Of a DNA stretch of 55,104 nt, positions 34,918 to 45,080 are shown one piece after another; the first letter of the stretch is position 1, and every line of letters begins with the position of its first letter. The position numbers and the translations under genes are program-made. The DNA is from Candidatus Eiseniibacteriota bacterium (lineage in GTDB: Bacteria > Eisenbacteria > RBG-16-71-46), in contig JADLGX010000374.1 in assembly GCA_020849095.1 (NCBI GenBank), forward strand, positions 1 to 55,104. Direction: 5' to 3'. Below the pieces are notes generated by a model. The model was not told the DNA's origin. It worked only from the letters and a program-made list of their open reading frames with translations, and searched no databases.

Positions 34918-37650
34918 ATGACTGACCGCGTATTCCCTCCGCGGGCCGGCGCCGGCATGCCCGCATTCGCTCCGGCGATCGGGCTGCGCGAAGTGCTCGA
35001 AGTCGCGCCGGACCTGGTCTTCTGCTGCGACGCCCACGGCCGCTTCGTCTGGGCCTCGTCGGCGTTCGAACTCCTCGCCGGCTACCGCGCGAGCGACCTC
35101 GTGGGATCGGTCTTCGTGCACATCCTGCCGGAGGAGGCCCGCTCCGGCGCGCTCCGCGCCTTCGCCCGCCAGGCCCGCAAGGGCAGCCCGTTCGCGGAGC
35201 GCACGCTTCCCCTGCTCCGCAAGGACGGCTCGCACGTGCGCGTGGCCGTGCGTGTTCGTCTCCTCGAGCGCGCCGACGGAGAGCGCTACTTCGTGGGCGT
35301 CGCCCGCGAAGCCGAGTCGTGGGACGACCCGCGCTCGCACCGTGCGGTCGCCGCGGTGGACGCGGCGCAGGCCATCTCGGACGGACTCGCCGCCGAGGAA
35401 CTGGCGTCGGCCCTCGGGGAACTGACTTCGACCCGTGAGGAGCTGGTTTCGGCTCACGGGGAACTGGCTTTGGCCCGTGAGGAACTGGTTTCGGCCCGCG
35501 TGGAACTGGCCTCCGCTCGCGACGAGGCGGCCTCGTGGCGGGCCCAGCTCGACGAGGCCCAGTCCGATGCCCAGCTGAAGAGCGAGTTTCTCGCCACCAT
35601 GAGCCACGAGATCCGCACGCCGATGAACGGCGTGATCGGCATGGCCAACCTGCTCGCGCAGAGCTCGCTGTCGCTCGAGCAGCGCCAGATGGTGGACTTG
35701 ATCCAGCAGTCGGCCCAGTCGCTCCTGACGCTGGTCAACGATACCACCGAGTACTCGCGCATCGAGGCCGGGCGGATGTCGCTCGAGCAGATCGACTTCG
35801 ACCTGCGTGTGGCCGTGGATCAGGTTGCGGCGCTGCTCGCCCCGCTGGCCGACGCCAAGGGGCTCGGCTTCGAGTCGCGCATCGACGCCCTCGTGCCGTC
35901 CCGCGTGCAGGGCGATCCCGGTCGCATTCGTCAGGTGCTTCTCAACCTCTGCGGCAACGCGGTCAAGTTCACCGACGAAGGCGAGGTCTCGCTGCGCGTG
36001 GAACGCGTGCACGAGGACGACGACAAGGTGACGCTGATGTTCCGTGTCACGGACACCGGCATCGGGATGACCCCCGAGCAGCAGAAGGGGCTCTTCGAGG
36101 CGTTCACGCAGGCCGACGCCTCGATCGCGCGGCGCTACGGCGGCTCGGGACTGGGGCTGGCCATCTCGCGCCGGCTCGTGTCGCTCATGAACGGCGAAGT
36201 GGGAGTGCAGAGCACGCCGGGTGAGGGTAGTTCGTTCTGGTTCCAGCTCACGCTGGCCAAGCAGGACAACGCCATGCCGGTGCCGCTGCCCGACGACGTG
36301 GAGCTCAAGGGGCTCCGCGTGCTCGTGGCGAATCCCGTGGCTTCGGCGCGCCGGCTCATGTGCGAAGTGGCGCAGGCCTGGGGCTGCGACGTGTCCGAGG
36401 CCGAAACGGGCATGGGCGCGCTCGACCGCATCCGAGGAGCCGTGCAGGAGGGCCGCGCGTTCGATGTCGCGGTGCTCAGCATGCAGCTGCCCGGGCTCGA
36501 CGGCGAGGATCTGGGACGCGCCATCCGCGCCGATCGCGACCTGGACGCCACGCTGCTGCTGCTCACGACCGAAGCGGGCCGTCCGGGCGACGCGCAGCGC
36601 GCGCGCGAGCTGGGCTATTCCGCCTACCTGCTCGAGCCGCTCGACGTGGCGCAGTTCTACGAGGCGCTCGCCGAGGTGACGGGCCGCGGTCACGCCAAGA
36701 TGGCGCCCGACCAGCGTCCGCTCGTCACGCGGCACACGCTGGCCGAGGGACGCCGCGGCCGGCTGCGCATCCTGCTCGTCGAGGACGACATGGTGAACCA
36801 GCTGGTCACCAAGAGCGCGCTCAACCGCGTGGGCTACAACGTCGAAGTGGCGAGCACGGGACGCGAGGCCATCGAGCGCACCGCCGACGACCGCTGGGAC
36901 CTGATCCTCATGGACCTGCAGATGCCCGGACTCGACGGGTGCAGCGCGACGAGCGCCATCCGCGCCCGCGAGCGCGGCCCGTGGCGCACCCCCATCCTGG
37001 GGCTGACGGGGCACTACGCGCACGCCGCGCACCGCGAGCGCTGCCTGGCCGCCGGCATGGACGACGTGTTCGGCAAGCCGGTCGACCTCGCCGAACTGAC
37101 CACGGCGGTGGAACGCTGGACGCTGCGCAGCGAGACGCGCGCCGAGGGTTCCGCCGCGACGGCGCCGGATTCGGCATCGCCTGGCGCGTCGCCCGCGCTG
37201 CCGACCGCAACGTGGACCGCGCCGCAGTTGTCCCTGGTGGAACCGGGCACGCCAGTCTCGCTGGAGCCTTCGGCCATGCCGGGCCTCCCCGAAGGCCCGG
37301 CCATCGATCTCGACCAGCTGAACGTGGCCAGCATGGGGTTGCCCGCGCTGCGTTCTTCGCTGCTGCACACCTACCTGGGCGACGTCTACCCGCGGCTGTC
37401 GCGGCTGCACGAGGCGGTCGAGAGCGGCGACTGCCAGCGCATCGAGTTCGAGGCGCACGGGCTGGGCGGCATGTGCGCGACCATCGGAGCCGGCGGCTGC
37501 ACCATGCTGTTCGGTGAGATGGAGACCCGGGCGCGCGAGGAGCGCGTGGAGGGGATGCGCGAGCTGCTGGGCGCTGCGCGCGCCGAGGTGGCGCGCACCG
37601 AGGTGTTCATCGAGCGCTTCGAGCGCATCCTGTCGCGCGAGGCGGCTTGA
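34918..37650 (+). CDS. Hybrid sensor histidine kinase: PAS, heptad coiled coil, HisKA, HATPase_c, degenerate receiver, receiver, Hpt
   Basis: ATG 34918 follows [26 protein letters not shown] (PAS), [19 protein letters not shown] (H-box), [14 protein letters not shown] (G2). Second receiver has ILLVEDD...[14 protein letters not shown]...GKP. C-terminal Hpt has [12 protein letters not shown]. Confidence 0.9.
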   Translation: MTDRVFPPRAGAGMPAFAPAIGLREVLEVAPDLVFCCDAHGRFVWASSAFELLAGYRASDLVGSVFVHILPEEARSGALRAFARQARKGSPFAERTLPLLRKDGSHVRVAVRVRLLERADGERYFVGVAREAESWDDPRSHRAVAAVDAAQAISDGLAAEELASALGELTSTREELVSAHGELALAREELVSARVELASARDEAASWRAQLDEAQSDAQLKSEFLATMSHEIRTPMNGVIGMANLLAQSSLSLEQRQMVDLIQQSAQSLLTLVNDTTEYSRIEAGRMSLEQIDFDLRVAVDQVAALLAPLADAKGLGFESRIDALVPSRVQGDPGRIRQVLLNLCGNAVKFTDEGEVSLRVERVHEDDDKVTLMFRVTDTGIGMTPEQQKGLFEAFTQADASIARRYGGSGLGLAISRRLVSLMNGEVGVQSTPGEGSSFWFQLTLAKQDNAMPVPLPDDVELKGLRVLVANPVASARRLMCEVAQAWGCDVSEAETGMGALDRIRGAVQEGRAFDVAVLSMQLPGLDGEDLGRAIRADRDLDATLLLLTTEAGRPGDAQRARELGYSAYLLEPLDVAQFYEALAEVTGRGHAKMAPDQRPLVTRHTLAEGRRGRLRILLVEDDMVNQLVTKSALNRVGYNVEVASTGREAIERTADDRWDLILMDLQMPGLDGCSATSAIRARERGPWRTPILGLTGHYAHAAHRERCLAAGMDDVFGKPVDLAELTTAVERWTLRSETRAEGSAATAPDSASPGASPALPTATWTAPQLSLVEPGTPVSLEPSAMPGLPEGPAIDLDQLNVASMGLPALRSSLLHTYLGDVYPRLSRLHEAVESGDCQRIEFEAHGLGGMCATIGAGGCTMLFGEMETRAREERVEGMRELLGAARAEVARTEVFIERFERILSREAA
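35395..35541 (+). repeat. Seven imperfect tandem 21-bp units encoding heptads inside the kinase gene
   Basis: Units gaggaactggcgtcggccctc, ggggaactgacttcgacccgt, gaggagctggtttcggctcac, ggggaactggctttggcccgt, gaggaactggtttcggcccgc, gtggaactggcctccgctcgc and gacgaggcggcctcgtggcgg. They encode [49 protein letters not shown]. Confidence 0.9.
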
Positions 37651-37695
37651 CGGCTCACGACGGCGGACGGCCGCCGCGGTGATGCCGAACAATCT

Positions 37696-37724
37696 TCGGG
37701 CGTCCGCCCTCCGGCGGGCGCCCG
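37696..37724 (+). terminator. Possible terminator hairpin after the kinase gene
   Basis: GGGCGTCCGCC-CTCC-GGCGGGCGCCC (one G.U pair). The downstream GGTGTCATTCTACTTTCG is only weakly T-rich. Confidence 0.4.
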
Positions 37725-37798
37725 GTGTCATTCTACTTTCGCCGGGTTTGCGCCTCCGGCGCACCGGATCGGCGCGGCGGTGATAACCTGCACCGCTC

Positions 37799-38965
37799 AT
37801 GCGCTACTCCGTCACTTCCCGGCTCGCGGTGCTCTCGCTCGCGCATTTCACGATCGACTCGTACTCGAGCTTCTACCTGCCGCTGCTGCCGCTGCTCGTG
37901 CACCGGCTGGGACTCAACTACACCATGGTGGGCGGGCTCGTCGCGCTTGGCTCCCTGTCCTCGTCGTTCGCGCAGCCGCTCTTCGGCGTGCTCTCGGACC
38001 GCATGGCGCGGCCGTGGTTCGTGGCCCTCGGGCCGCTCGTCGCGGCCGTGTTCCTGGCCAGCATCGGCGCGGCGCCCACGTACTGGGCCCTGGTCGCGCT
38101 GCTCGTCGCGGGCGGAGTCGGCGTGGCAGCCTTCCATCCTCAGACGGCGGCGCTCGCGGCCACGTGCGGGGCCTCGCGCGGGCTCGCCATGTCGTTCTGG
38201 GTCACGGGCGGGACCCTGGGCTGGGCGCTCGGTCCCATGTTCGCCTCGCAGTCCGCGCGGCTGTTCGGGCTCGAGCGCACGTGGATCGCGGCAGCGCCGG
38301 GCGTGCTCCTGTCGCTGGGACTGCTCGCGTGGATGCGCCGCCTGCCCGCGGTGCCGCACGCCGAACGCGCGCGCACCCGGCTCGCCGATCTCGCGCCCGT
38401 CGCCAAGCCGCTGAGCTTCATCTACCTGGCGGTCGTCATGCGCTCCGCAGTGTCCTCGGGATTCGCGACGTTCCTGCCGCTCTACGTGCACGAGCGCGGC
38501 TGGTCGGTGGAAGCGGGCGGCGTGCTGACCACGATCTACCTCACGTGCGGCGCGCTCGGCGGCTTCGTGGGCGGCGCGATCGCCGACCGCGTCGGCGGGC
38601 GCAAGGTGGTGCGCGCCTCGTTCCTGCTCGCGATCCCGTTCTTCGCGCTCTTCTTCCTGCTGCCCTCCACCGCGGGGCTCGTGTCGCTGGTGACGGGCTA
38701 CGCGTTCCTGCAGTGCTCGCTGCCGGTCAACGTGGTGCTCGGGCAGGAGCTGTCGCCCCGGCACGCCTCGACCATCTCGAGCCTGCTCATGGGCGCGGCG
38801 TGGGGGCTGGGCGCGCTGCTGGTGGGCCCGATCGGCGCGCTCGCGGACCACACCAGTCTTCGCGTGGCGCTCATGGCGCTCTCCGGGCTGATCGTCGTGG
38901 GCTGGGTCTGCGCGCTGATGATTCCCGCCCGCGCTCCGCAGCCGGCCGTTCCCGCGGCCGCCTGA
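37799..38965 (+). CDS. MFS transporter (Fsr/fosmidomycin-resistance-like)
   Basis: MRYSVTSRLAVLSLAHFTIDSYSSFYLPLLPLLV..., 12 predicted TM helices, LFGVLSDRMARPW loop motif. Confidence 0.9.
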   Translation: MRYSVTSRLAVLSLAHFTIDSYSSFYLPLLPLLVHRLGLNYTMVGGLVALGSLSSSFAQPLFGVLSDRMARPWFVALGPLVAAVFLASIGAAPTYWALVALLVAGGVGVAAFHPQTAALAATCGASRGLAMSFWVTGGTLGWALGPMFASQSARLFGLERTWIAAAPGVLLSLGLLAWMRRLPAVPHAERARTRLADLAPVAKPLSFIYLAVVMRSAVSSGFATFLPLYVHERGWSVEAGGVLTTIYLTCGALGGFVGGAIADRVGGRKVVRASFLLAIPFFALFFLLPSTAGLVSLVTGYAFLQCSLPVNVVLGQELSPRHASTISSLLMGAAWGLGALLVGPIGALADHTSLRVALMALSGLIVVGWVCALMIPARAPQPAVPAAA

Positions 38966-38984
38966 CGCCGCGGGCGAGAGGCGC

Positions 38985-40967
38985 TCAGCCCCGCAGAGCG
39001 GGCGCTGCGGCCGGATCGCCCGCCAGCGCCGAGGGCAGCGGCGCCGGCGCGCCGGCGACCCAGCGTTCGGCCCAGCACTGCAGCGACAACAGCGCCCACA
39101 GCGTGCGGCCACGGTCCTCGCGGCCGTCCAGGTGATCGCGCACGACGCGCGTCACCGCGCGCGAGTCGAGCACTCCGGCGCGCTCGATGCGCGCGGGCGA
39201 CAGTTCGTCGAGCACGATGGCGCGCATCGGGCCGCGCGCCCATGCCGAGAACGGCGGCGAGAAGCCCTGCTTGCGCCGCGCCAGCAGGTCGGCGGGAAGC
39301 AGCGTGCGGGCTGCTTCCTTCAGCGCCCACTTGCCGCTGGTCCCGCGCAGCTTGGCGTCGTCCGGGAGCGCCAGCGCGAACTCGATGAGCGACTGGCGCA
39401 GGAAAGGCGCGCGCGACTCCACGCCGTGCGCCATCGTGCAGCGGTCCACCTTGGTGAGCAGGTCGCCCGACAAGTAGGTCTCGAAATCGAGCAGCTGGTA
39501 CGCGGTCAGGCTCGCCGCCCGGCCCGCGCGCAGCATCTGCATGTCGCCGAGCACCCGCTCCAGGTGCCGCGCGTGCGCGAGCGGCGCCTCGGCGCCGGCG
39601 GCGGCGCGCAGCTGCGGTGACAGCAGCTCCATCGCTTCGCCCGCCCGCGCGGTGCCGAACCACGCCAGGTGACGCTCGAACGGCGACAGCCCGCGCACGC
39701 CCAGGAACCTCTCGAGCAGGTGCGCGATGGTGACGTGGTGATGCTTGGGACGGAACCGGCGCGCGAGCGCGATCACGATGTCGGCGACCGGCGCGGGCAC
39801 GCCGTCCGCGATCGCCGCGTGGCGGTGTCCCAGGTAAGTGGGGTAGCCGCCGAACAATTCGTCGCCGCCCTCACCGGTGAGCACCACCGGCACGTGGGCC
39901 GACGCGAAGCGCGCCAGCGCCCACGTGGGCAGCACGCTGGGATCGCCGAGCGGCTGGTCCATGCCGGCCGCCCACGTGAGCAGAGCCTCTTCGCCCTCGC
40001 GCGCGGTCATGACCAGTTCGTGGTGCTCGGCGCCGATCGACTCCGCGACGCGCCGCGCGTAGGCGGACTCGTCGTAGCCGCGGTGGTCGATGCGCATGCT
40101 GAACGTGGGAAACGAGTGCTTCAGGTGCCGGGCCGCCAGCGTGGCGACCAGCCCCGAATCCACGCCGCCCGACAGGAACACGCCGAATGGCACCTCGCCG
40201 GGAACGCGCGAGGCGACCGCCTGCGAGAGCGCCAGCAGCGAGGCCTCGGGCGCGGCCGCCGCGTCGATGCGGGCGGACGAAGCGAGCAGCGCGTCCCAAG
40301 GACGCCACCAACGGCGGGTGCGGATCTCGCCGTCGCGCCACGTGAGCGTGTGCGCGGGGGGCAGCTGGCGCAGGTCCGCGAACGCCGAGTCCGCGCCGGC
40401 GAAGTAGCCGTGCACGAGATAGCGCGAGATCGCGGCGGCCGACGGGTCGCGCGACACCCACGGGAGCGCGGCGAGCGGGCCGGGTTCCGACGCGAATGCG
40501 AACGCCGAGCCCTTCTGCACGTAGAACAGCGGCTTCTCGCCGGCGCGGTCACGCGCCAGCGTCAGCGTCCGGGTGCTGCGATCCCACAGCGCCACGGCGA
40601 ACATGCCGTCGAGGGCTTCGGGGTACAGGTCCCCGCGCTCCTCGTAGAGGTGGGGAAGCAGCGCGGTGTCCGGGCCGGCGGGCACCTCGTGTCCGCGCGA
40701 GCGCAGCTGGGCGAGCAGCGGGTCGTGGTTGTAGATCTCGCCGTTGGCCACGCCGATGACGTCACCGGTCTCGCTCTCGAGAACGCGCGCGGGCTGGTTC
40801 GGCGCCACGATCGCAAGCCGCGCGATGCCGAGCGCGCACACGTCTCCGGACCACAGGGCTTCGCCCGAGGGCCCGCGATGACGCAGGCGCTGCACCATGG
40901 CGCGCACCAGATCGAGCCGTTCGTGGGGAGAAAGGTCCGGCGCGATCAGGCCGGCGATGCCGCACAT
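38985..40967 (-). CDS. Asparagine synthase (glutamine-hydrolysing) family amidotransferase
   Basis: ATG 40967 gives MCGIAGLI (Ntn Cys2). GEIYNH, and the PP-loop FLSGGVDSGLVATLA. Confidence 0.9.
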   Translation of the reverse strand: MCGIAGLIAPDLSPHERLDLVRAMVQRLRHRGPSGEALWSGDVCALGIARLAIVAPNQPARVLESETGDVIGVANGEIYNHDPLLAQLRSRGHEVPAGPDTALLPHLYEERGDLYPEALDGMFAVALWDRSTRTLTLARDRAGEKPLFYVQKGSAFAFASEPGPLAALPWVSRDPSAAAISRYLVHGYFAGADSAFADLRQLPPAHTLTWRDGEIRTRRWWRPWDALLASSARIDAAAAPEASLLALSQAVASRVPGEVPFGVFLSGGVDSGLVATLAARHLKHSFPTFSMRIDHRGYDESAYARRVAESIGAEHHELVMTAREGEEALLTWAAGMDQPLGDPSVLPTWALARFASAHVPVVLTGEGGDELFGGYPTYLGHRHAAIADGVPAPVADIVIALARRFRPKHHHVTIAHLLERFLGVRGLSPFERHLAWFGTARAGEAMELLSPQLRAAAGAEAPLAHARHLERVLGDMQMLRAGRAASLTAYQLLDFETYLSGDLLTKVDRCTMAHGVESRAPFLRQSLIEFALALPDDAKLRGTSGKWALKEAARTLLPADLLARRKQGFSPPFSAWARGPMRAIVLDELSPARIERAGVLDSRAVTRVVRDHLDGREDRGRTLWALLSLQCWAERWVAGAPAPLPSALAGDPAAAPALRG

Positions 40968-40984
40968 GGATGGAGGGACTCCCG

Positions 40985-42499
40985 TCAGCGTGAAGAGGGG
41001 CCCGCGCGCCGGTAAGCCACGAAGCGCGGACTCTCGAAGATGCGATTCCACTCGCCGGCGGGGAGTTCCCTCGCGCGCCGCGGCGAGTACACCAGGACGT
41101 CGGCCGGAGGCGCGTCGGCTTCGTTCGCGACGAGCGTCCATTGCCCGCGCTCGCGAAGCGTCTCGCGGTATCGCACCACGTATGTGCTCGTGATCTCGTG
41201 CCCCAGCTCCGAAATCACGGTGCTGGAGCGTCCCAGCAGGAAATCGGTGCCGGGACTATAGCAGCCGACGCAACGCACTGTCCCGCCTCCGGAGGAGCGA
41301 ATGGCGCGCGCGAGGGGCGCGCCGGACTGCGAGTCGGCATATCGCAACACGGCGGGCCGTCCCACCACCAGAACGAGGGGGATTGCGCCCAGTGCGAGCG
41401 CCGCCACCACCCGCGAGGGCCGGCGCGGCGCGGCGAGCCACGACTGGGCGGCGAGCCAGGCGAACGCGGGAAACGCGGGCAGCAGGTAGGTGACGAGCTT
41501 GCTGCGCGAGAGCGAAAAGAACACAGCGGCGAAGAGCACGAAGCCCAGCGCGATCCGGGCGGCTCGCGTGGAGGGCCCGCGCCAGCGCGTGCCGATGGAC
41601 CACGGCAGCGCGCCGGCGGCGAACACGGCGATCACGAACCACCACGGCTGGTCGCGCTTGAACGAGCCGCTCGTCATGCGCTCGAGCGACTCCTCGAGGA
41701 ACGCGTAGCGCGCGTACTCGGGATGCCGGCGCAGCGCGAGCGCGAACCAGCCGCCCGCGACGCCGAACACCATCAGCCATCCGGGCCACCACGCCAGCCA
41801 GCGCAGAGGCGCGCGCTCGCGCGCGACCAGCGCCGCGGCGGCGCTGCCGCCGAGCGCCCACGCCAGCATGACCGGACCCTTGAGCAGCACGCCAAGCGTC
41901 ACGGCGGTGAACATCGCCGCGCGCCGGCGCGAGCTCGCGCCGGTCTCGCACTCCATCGCGATGCCGGTCCACACCACCGTCACGCACAGCGCGAGCGGCA
42001 TGTCGAAGATCACGTACGCCGACAGGGCGGTGAACAGCGGCGCCGACGCCGTGAGCGCCACCGCGAGTGTGGCGTGCGCGTCGCCTTCGAGCCGGCGGGA
42101 GGCGCGGGCGAGCAGCCACAGCGCCGCCAGCGAGGCGAGGATCGCGGGCAGGCGGGCGGCCAGCGGCGTGGGGCCGAGCACGCGAATGCAGGCGGCCGCG
42201 GCGGCGAAGAGCGCCGGCGGCTTGTCCAGGTACGGCAGGCCCGCCAGGTGCGGAATCACCAGGTCGCCGGTCGCCGCCATTTCACGCGCCACCTCGGCGT
42301 TGCGTCCTTCGTCCGGGTCGAAGAGCGGGTACGCGAGGGCGAGGAAGAGCGAGAACAGCGCCGAGGCGAGCAGGACGGCCACCAGCGGGCGCGGCCATGG
42401 AGAGCGGGCAGGGGAGGTCACGGCCAGCAAGCTATCACGCGCGGACTCCGGAATCCCGCTGCAGGGGCGAAGTTCGGCCGCCGATGACAACCGGGACAT
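40985..42499 (-). CDS. GT39/GT83-type (ArnT/PMT-like) membrane glycosyltransferase
   Basis: LFDPDEGRNAEVAREMAATGDLVIPHLAGLPYLDKPPL-like N-terminal loop motif and many TM helices. Start ATG 42499 was chosen, but alternatives exist. Ends 17 nt before the AsnB-like start. Confidence 0.8.
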   Translation of the reverse strand: MSRLSSAAELRPCSGIPESARDSLLAVTSPARSPWPRPLVAVLLASALFSLFLALAYPLFDPDEGRNAEVAREMAATGDLVIPHLAGLPYLDKPPALFAAAAACIRVLGPTPLAARLPAILASLAALWLLARASRRLEGDAHATLAVALTASAPLFTALSAYVIFDMPLALCVTVVWTGIAMECETGASSRRRAAMFTAVTLGVLLKGPVMLAWALGGSAAAALVARERAPLRWLAWWPGWLMVFGVAGGWFALALRRHPEYARYAFLEESLERMTSGSFKRDQPWWFVIAVFAAGALPWSIGTRWRGPSTRAARIALGFVLFAAVFFSLSRSKLVTYLLPAFPAFAWLAAQSWLAAPRRPSRVVAALALGAIPLVLVVGRPAVLRYADSQSGAPLARAIRSSGGGTVRCVGCYSPGTDFLLGRSSTVISELGHEITSTYVVRYRETLRERGQWTLVANEADAPPADVLVYSPRRARELPAGEWNRIFESPRFVAYRRAGPSSR

Positions 42500-42642
42500 G
42501 AACGCCACCCGCGCGGGTTTCTCTGCTTGCGCGAAGGTGAGCTGGGGGCGTTTGATGCGCGCGACATGCGCGTGGGGACCGCCTCCCCGCCAGGACAGGG
42601 ATCGTCGGGCACGCGAGCGCGTGCGCACCGGAGGGAATCGCC

Positions 42643-43539
42643 ATGGAACTCGGATTCATCGGGCTGGGCCGCATGGGTTTCAACATGACGCTTCGCCTCC
42701 TGCGTGGAGGGCATCGCGTCGTGGCGTGGAACCGCAGCGCCGACAAGGTGCAGGAGGCGGCCGCGCAGGGCGCCGTCGCGGCCGCTTCGATCCCCGAGCT
42801 CGTGAAGTCGCTCGCCGCTCCCCGTGTGCTCTGGGTAATGCTGCCGGCCGGCAAGACCACCGACGAGATGATCGACCAGCTGACGCCGCTGCTCTCCGCG
42901 GGCGATCTCATCGTGGACGGCGGCAACACCAACTTCCACGACGACAAGCGCCGCGCCGCGGCGCTCGCGGCGCACGGCATCGGCTACGCCGACGTGGGCA
43001 CGTCGGGCGGCGTGTGGGGGCTGCAGAACGGCTACTGCATGATGGCGGGCGGCACGCCCGAGTCCATCGCGCGCCTCGCGCCGGCGTTCGACACGCTCGC
43101 GCCGCCGGACGGCTGGCTGCACACCGGCCCGGTCGGCTCGGGGCACTTCTCCAAGATGATCCACAACGGCATCGAGTACGGCATGATGCAGGCGTACGCC
43201 GAGGGCTTCGAGATCCTGCAGGCCAGCGAGTACGAGTACGACCTCGCCAAGCTGTCCCACCTCTGGAACCAGGGCAGCGTGGTGCGCTCATGGCTGCTCG
43301 AACTGGCGGAACTGGCGTTCCAGCAGGATCCCAAGCTCGAGAAGATCCGCGGCTACGTCGAGGATTCGGGCGAGGGCCGCTGGACGGTGCTCGAGGCGAT
43401 CGACAAGAACGTGCCGGCCGAAGTCCTCACGCTTTCGCTCATGCGCCGCTTCCGTTCGCGCCAGGACGACACGTTCACCGACCGCGTTCTGGCGGCTCTG
43501 CGCAACCAGTTCGGCGGTCACGCGGTGAAGGAGAAGTAG
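42643..43539 (+). CDS. gnd: 6-phosphogluconate dehydrogenase, short (decarboxylating, YqeC/GntZ-like) form
   Basis: MELGFIGLGRMGFNMTLRLL (Rossmann), GHFSKMIHNGIEYGMMQAYAEGF. TAG stop at the expected end. Confidence 0.9.
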   Translation: MELGFIGLGRMGFNMTLRLLRGGHRVVAWNRSADKVQEAAAQGAVAAASIPELVKSLAAPRVLWVMLPAGKTTDEMIDQLTPLLSAGDLIVDGGNTNFHDDKRRAAALAAHGIGYADVGTSGGVWGLQNGYCMMAGGTPESIARLAPAFDTLAPPDGWLHTGPVGSGHFSKMIHNGIEYGMMQAYAEGFEILQASEYEYDLAKLSHLWNQGSVVRSWLLELAELAFQQDPKLEKIRGYVEDSGEGRWTVLEAIDKNVPAEVLTLSLMRRFRSRQDDTFTDRVLAALRNQFGGHAVKEK

Positions 43540-43542
43540 GGC

Positions 43543-45057
43543 GTGACGACCCGCATCGAGGTGCCGATCGGGCTGCCGCATCCGCAGCAGCAGCCCGAGG
43601 CTCCGCCCTGCATCACGGTGGTCTTCGGCGCGACCGGCGACCTGACGCGACGCAAACTGATGCCCGCGCTCTACAACCTCGCGGCCGGCGGACACGTTCG
43701 CGACCGCTTCGCCGCCGTCGGCTGCGCGCGGCGGCCGTGGACGCGCGAGGAGTTCGCCGCGCAGGTGAAGGCCGGCGTGAGCGAGTTCTCCCGCAACGAG
43801 CTCGAACCCCGCGTGTGGGAGTGGCTCGAGCCGCGGCTCGACTACGTCTCGGGGGATTTCAAGGACCCCGCCACGTTCCAGAGGCTCAAGGCGGCGCTCG
43901 AGGAGCTCGACGAAAAGCTCGGCACCGCCGGCAACCGGCTATTCTACCTCGCCGTCTCTCCCGACGAGTTCGGCACCATCCTGCGCGGACTGCGCGACGC
44001 AGGGCTCATCGTGGCGCCGGGGGCGCCGACGTTCTCGCGGGTCATCGTCGAAAAGCCCTTCGGTCGCAGCCTCGAGACCGCGCGCCAGCTCAACGGCCTC
44101 GTGGCCGAGGTGCTCGACGAGTCGCAGACCTTCCGCATCGATCACTACCTCGGCAAGGAGACCGTGCAGAACATCATGGTCTTCCGCTTCGCCAACTCCA
44201 TGTTTGAGCCGCTCTGGAACCGCAAGTACATCGACCACGTCCAGATCACGGCCGCCGAGACCGTGGGCGTGGGATCGCGCGGCAAGTTCTACGAGTCCAC
44301 CGGTGTGCTGCGCGACATCGTCCAGAACCACCTGCTCGAAGTGCTCACACTGTGCGCCATGGAGCCGCCCAACAGCGGCGACGCGGACGACGTGCGCGGC
44401 GAGAAGCTCAAGGTGCTCCAGGCGCTGCGCATGCCCTGGGCGGACACCGTTCCCAACGACGTGGTGCTGGGGCAGTACCGCGGCTACCGCGACGAACCCG
44501 ACGTGGCGCCGGATTCCGTGGCGCCCACGTTCGTCGCCCTGCCCGTCTACGTGGACAACTGGCGCTGGCAGGGCGTGCCCTTCTACCTGCGGGCCGGAAA
44601 GAAGATGGCCCGGCGCGTCACCGAGGTGGCGTTCCACATGCAGCCGATTCCGCTGTCGCTGTTCGGCAACGGCGACCTGTGTGAACACGTGGAGCCCAAC
44701 GTGCTCACGCTGCGCATCCAGCCCGAGGAGGGCATCACGCTGTCGTTCTCGTCCAAGATGCCCGGCCACGACTTCACCGTGACGCCCGTGGTGATGGACA
44801 TGAAGTACACCGAGGCTTTCGGCGGCGAGCCGCCCGAGGCGTACGAGCGCCTGCTGCTCGACGCCATGCGCGGAGACGCGACGCTGTTCTCGCGCCGCGA
44901 TGCGGTCGAGACGTCCTGGCAGTGGATCCAGCCCATCCTCGACTACTGGGACTCCCATCCCCCGCGCGACCTGCCCAACTACGACCCGGGGTCGTGGGGG
45001 CCGGAGGCGGCGGACCGGCTGATCCAGCGGGACCGGCGGCAGTGGCGCAATCCCTGA
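43543..45057 (+). CDS. zwf: Glucose-6-phosphate 1-dehydrogenase
   Basis: GTG 43543 follows GAAGGAGAAG. VVFGATGDLTRRKLMPALYNL, RIDHYLGKE and MEPP motifs. Confidence 0.95.
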   Translation: MTTRIEVPIGLPHPQQQPEAPPCITVVFGATGDLTRRKLMPALYNLAAGGHVRDRFAAVGCARRPWTREEFAAQVKAGVSEFSRNELEPRVWEWLEPRLDYVSGDFKDPATFQRLKAALEELDEKLGTAGNRLFYLAVSPDEFGTILRGLRDAGLIVAPGAPTFSRVIVEKPFGRSLETARQLNGLVAEVLDESQTFRIDHYLGKETVQNIMVFRFANSMFEPLWNRKYIDHVQITAAETVGVGSRGKFYESTGVLRDIVQNHLLEVLTLCAMEPPNSGDADDVRGEKLKVLQALRMPWADTVPNDVVLGQYRGYRDEPDVAPDSVAPTFVALPVYVDNWRWQGVPFYLRAGKKMARRVTEVAFHMQPIPLSLFGNGDLCEHVEPNVLTLRIQPEEGITLSFSSKMPGHDFTVTPVVMDMKYTEAFGGEPPEAYERLLLDAMRGDATLFSRRDAVETSWQWIQPILDYWDSHPPRDLPNYDPGSWGPEAADRLIQRDRRQWRNP

Positions 45058-45080
45058 GCGACGGCCCGGTCCGGGTTCGC

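Noticed and set aside
44922-45080. ATG 44922 as the pgl start (ORF-track coordinates).
   Set aside because: It would overlap zwf by 136 nt. The extra residues (MDPAHPRLLGLPSPARP...) are the alternative-frame reading of the conserved zwf C-terminus. Homology to Pgl begins at about VRVLGDAAALADAAA.
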